DNA from: Patescibacteria group bacterium
GTDB lineage: Bacteria; Patescibacteriota; Minisyncoccia; Moranbacterales; GWC2-37-73
Direction: 5' to 3'
Assembly: GCA_022709565.1 (NCBI GenBank)
Contig: JAKLIO010000001.1
Span: 150,906-214,905, forward strand
DNA: 64,000 bases
The number at the start of each line of letters is the position of its first letter. Within the stretch, counting starts at the first letter, position 1. A program made the translations under genes and the position numbers. The notes beneath the pieces were generated by a model. That model made no database searches, was not told the origin of the DNA, and saw only the letters and a list, made by a program, of their open reading frames with translations. Below, in pieces: positions 61,734 through 64,000 of the stretch.

Positions 61734-62051
61734 TTACCTAAAAATATCCAGAAATTCCCCTGCATGTTCCATGAGTTTTTTTACTTGTTCTCTAGAAGAA
61801 GTAGCCCCTCCTGGACCTTCACACTTAGTCTGTTCAGAAATATATTCCATGATAGAAACAGCAATAGGATTCACCCTGCAGTGAAACTGTTCATTTTGTC
61901 TGCTTTTTAATTCTTCCAATTCATCCTCAAATATTCTCCTTTCTTTTTCTAATTTTTTAAGCTTCTTCAGAAGAAGCGAAGTAAAAATAAAAGAAAAACC
62001 CACAATTCTGTCGTCGCACCGAAGTGAAAGTTTACAAATGTTTTTTTGCAT
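61734..62051 (-). CDS. hypothetical protein (105 aa), coiled-coil centre
   Basis: RBS AAGAAGGGATAAATCATG; KKLKKLEKERRIFEDELEELKSRQNE; no family recognised. Confidence 0.5.
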   Translation of the reverse strand: MQKNICKLSLRCDDRIVGFSFIFTSLLLKKLKKLEKERRIFEDELEELKSRQNEQFHCRVNPIAVSIMEYISEQTKCEGPGGATSSREQVKKLMEHAGEFLDIFR

Positions 62052-62189
62052 GATTTATCCCTTCTTAGCATTTCTAGTTTTTAAGTAACATTGTTATTTT
62101 TATTCTTTTACAAAACCATAAAAAAATATTTATGCTTTTGATTGAAGAGGCAAATAGATTTGTTAATCTATTTGCCAACTGCTTGCGAC

Positions 62190-62540
62190 TCAGCGCCCAT
62201 CTATTACACGCCTGATGTCGTCTTCGGTCGCAAGAGATGGAGCAGGCCCCTTGGGAGAGTTATCTCGCCAGAAAGTTCTGCGTTCATCATCATCCTCACT
62301 TTTCTCATAAACAACTTCTTTGTTTATGATGTTTTCCAATATCTCGATCCGATCTTTCACTTCGCGAGGGATATCGCTTGTGTAATTGTTACAGCCTCCG
62401 TCACAAGGACGGAAATTTCCCCATGTTTCCACTTTTGAGTCAAGGTCAATTAAGTGATGGGCATGAACTTTGCCATCAATACAAAGATCTTCTCTTTTGC
62501 ATGCACCGTCATTATGAGAACCATATATTCTTGCTACCAT
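62190..62540 (-). CDS. hypothetical Cys-containing protein (116 aa)
   Basis: Strong RBS GGAAAAGGAGATTATTATG; four Cys (CKREDLC ... CDGGC) and an acidic tail; no family recognised. Confidence 0.55.
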   Translation of the reverse strand: MVARIYGSHNDGACKREDLCIDGKVHAHHLIDLDSKVETWGNFRPCDGGCNNYTSDIPREVKDRIEILENIINKEVVYEKSEDDDERRTFWRDNSPKGPAPSLATEDDIRRVIDGR

Positions 62541-62691
62541 AATAATCTCCTTTTCCCATATTCTGTAGTCCGCATTGGGTGTCTATATGGATTATTTTTT
62601 GTAAGAACTTTTCTCCTATGAATCCGCCACTGTGGTGGACTCAATGAGAGAGGCAAGAAAGTTAGAATCAACTTTCTTGCCAAAATTTTAA

Positions 62692-63120
62692 TCACCCCAT
62701 TTCAACATTGGTTGTCAGACACCAAAGGGCGTCTAACCATTTTTTTCTTCCGTCATCATCTTTGCCGGTAAAAAAATCATATCCCCACATTAACTTTAGA
62801 GGGTCACGCAACCTAAGAAAGAGATCGTATGCCCACATCACTTCTGCTTTTCCCTTGTTTTCATCGCAACAAAAAACTGTCTTGATACCCTTTCCCATGG
62901 CAACTGCAGCAATATTTACACCAAAAGGCTGCTTTTCTTTGTTTGTTTTATCTCTTGAAATGAAAACTTCTGTTATTACCCCCTCGGGCTTCTGCCTGTG
63001 CAAAATTGTAAAAGCTTCTTCATAATTTTTTGCAAATAGAATTTCCACGTCTCCACCAAGAATATCTATTGCATCTGCCATATTTTTCTCATTATCTTCA
63101 ACTATCATTATTTTCTTCAT
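62692..63120 (-). CDS. stand-alone receiver-like (CheY-fold-like) protein with Glu at the phospho-acceptor position
   Basis: MKKIMIVEDNE ... PEGVITEVFISR follows the REC beta1/beta3 pattern, but with ED instead of DD and E instead of the acceptor D. Confidence 0.4.
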   Translation of the reverse strand: MKKIMIVEDNEKNMADAIDILGGDVEILFAKNYEEAFTILHRQKPEGVITEVFISRDKTNKEKQPFGVNIAAVAMGKGIKTVFCCDENKGKAEVMWAYDLFLRLRDPLKLMWGYDFFTGKDDDGRKKWLDALWCLTTNVEMG

Positions 63121-63311
63121 TTTTCTATCCTTTCTGCGTGGCCCGCCGGCGTTGTATGTTTGAGGTGATTTTCAAAGTACTCGTTACGATTCCTGTTTAC
63201 TTATTCATCGTAACAGCATATTATATCGTATTTTGGACAATATTTCAATAGTTTAGTTGCTTTTTTATCAATAATGTACTATAATAACTATATAATGATA
63301 AATTTTAAAAA

Positions 63312-64000
63312 ATGAATCTTACAGAACTCGACAAAAAAATACTTTTTGAACTCGACAAGGATGGCCGGGTCAGTTTTTCCGAAATTGCCCGCACTTTAGG
63401 CTCTACTCCACAGGTTATCAAATACCATGCAGAGCAAATGCAGGAAAAAGGCATCATCAAGCACTTTTGGGCCTTCACCGACTACGACAAAGCGGATTAC
63501 TCCTTTTTTTGGGGCTATTGGCTAAAATTTGGCGGTTTAACAAAAGAGAAGGAATCTGAAATGTACGCTGACTTCAACGCCAACAAATATATCCCAATCA
63601 TTATGCGCTCCGACGGCTATGCCGACGTTATGTTGGCCATCATTGCTCGCGATGTTTTCCACCAGACCCAAATCTTGCAGGACATTTTCAGCAAATACGG
63701 ACAATACATCACCATGTCTGATATTTTTGTCGGTTTAGGCTTCATCAAATTTCCCCGCACCTATTTGGTCGGCAAAGAAAATGAATTTCAAAAATTTGCC
63801 GTTTCCGGCGGCACCACGGAAAAAATAAAGCTATCGGAAAATGATCGCAAAATCATTTCTTTGCTTTTACAGGATGGACGCATGGAGCTCACCCGGATTG
63901 CCAAAATTCTTGGCGTCTCTGTCGGACTCGTCCACAAACATTTTAATAAATTGGAACAAAGTGGCGTCATCACTAAAATCGCTTGCACGCTTGACTACCA
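63312..64000 (+). CDS. Lrp/AsnC-like regulator with two winged-HTH units (C-terminus beyond the window)
   Basis: Absent from the track because it is edge-truncated. The ATG at 63312 opens MNLTELDKKILFELDKDGRVSFSEIARTLGSTPQVIKYHAEQMQEKGII..., and a second unit LSENDRKIISLLLQDGRMELTRIAKILGVSVGLVHKHFNKLEQSGVI follows. Open to position 64000. Confidence 0.65.
   Translation, partial: MNLTELDKKILFELDKDGRVSFSEIARTLGSTPQVIKYHAEQMQEKGIIKHFWAFTDYDKADYSFFWGYWLKFGGLTKEKESEMYADFNANKYIPIIMRSDGYADVMLAIIARDVFHQTQILQDIFSKYGQYITMSDIFVGLGFIKFPRTYLVGKENEFQKFAVSGGTTEKIKLSENDRKIISLLLQDGRMELTRIAKILGVSVGLVHKHFNKLEQSGVITKIACTLDY

Noticed and set aside
1-64000. Alternative genetic code (UGA recoding, as in some CPR lineages).
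   Set aside because: Conserved genes end at TGA as well as TAA/TAG at the expected lengths (for example tsaE stops at a TGA), and no conserved protein needs read-through of a stop. The standard code fits.

Overview
AT-rich 64-kb chromosomal segment whose gene content and style resemble a Candidate Phyla Radiation (Patescibacteria/Parcubacteria-like) bacterium; this is an inference, nothing was searched. The standard code applies, since TGA and TAA both act as stops. I call about 60 protein genes and one tRNA-Ser(CGA); no rRNA, CRISPR array, transposase or phage genes were seen. Most genes are housekeeping: ruvC, yebC, ruvB, polA, mutM, holA, rpsT, hup, rny, gpmI, clpP, tig, H+-PPase, nusA, a Xer recombinase, uvrD/pcrA, rsmA, comM/yifB, infB, rbfA, nrnA and nfo.

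The main accessory content is a two-block, minus-strand type-IV-secretion-like pilus locus (34010-39655 and 47528-53967). It has four VirB2/TrbC-like pilin genes (five pilin domains, one gene a tandem fusion) and a PrgI/VirB3-like protein. A short VirB4 ATPase is preceded by a stand-alone 229-aa protein that may be its detached N-domain. The locus also encodes a VirB6-like polytopic protein, a LysM-CHAP hydrolase and an orphan solute-binding lipoprotein. No coupling protein or relaxase is visible in the window.

Other notable genes:
- an orphan 1005-aa protein made of two complete PilB/GspE ATPase units
- an LTD-LTD-PKD-LTD surface protein in an island between yebC-ruvC and ruvB
- a PhoH ATPase with a degenerate PIN domain next to the tRNA
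- a small operon with a pseudo-receiver protein beside a double-wHTH regulator

The non-coding DNA is unusually structured:
- a MITE-like family with 19-bp terminal inverted repeats
- a 65-nt repeat with a covarying stem
- two near-identical 178-bp repeats bracketing a two-gene segment
- long palindromes with GC-rich cores
- families of AT-rich elements built from short-period word repeats
- short repeat or palindrome segments lying in frame inside tsaE, rsmA, nfo, mutM and polA

All functional calls rest on motifs I recognise by eye and on gene context. No database search, folding or statistics were run.
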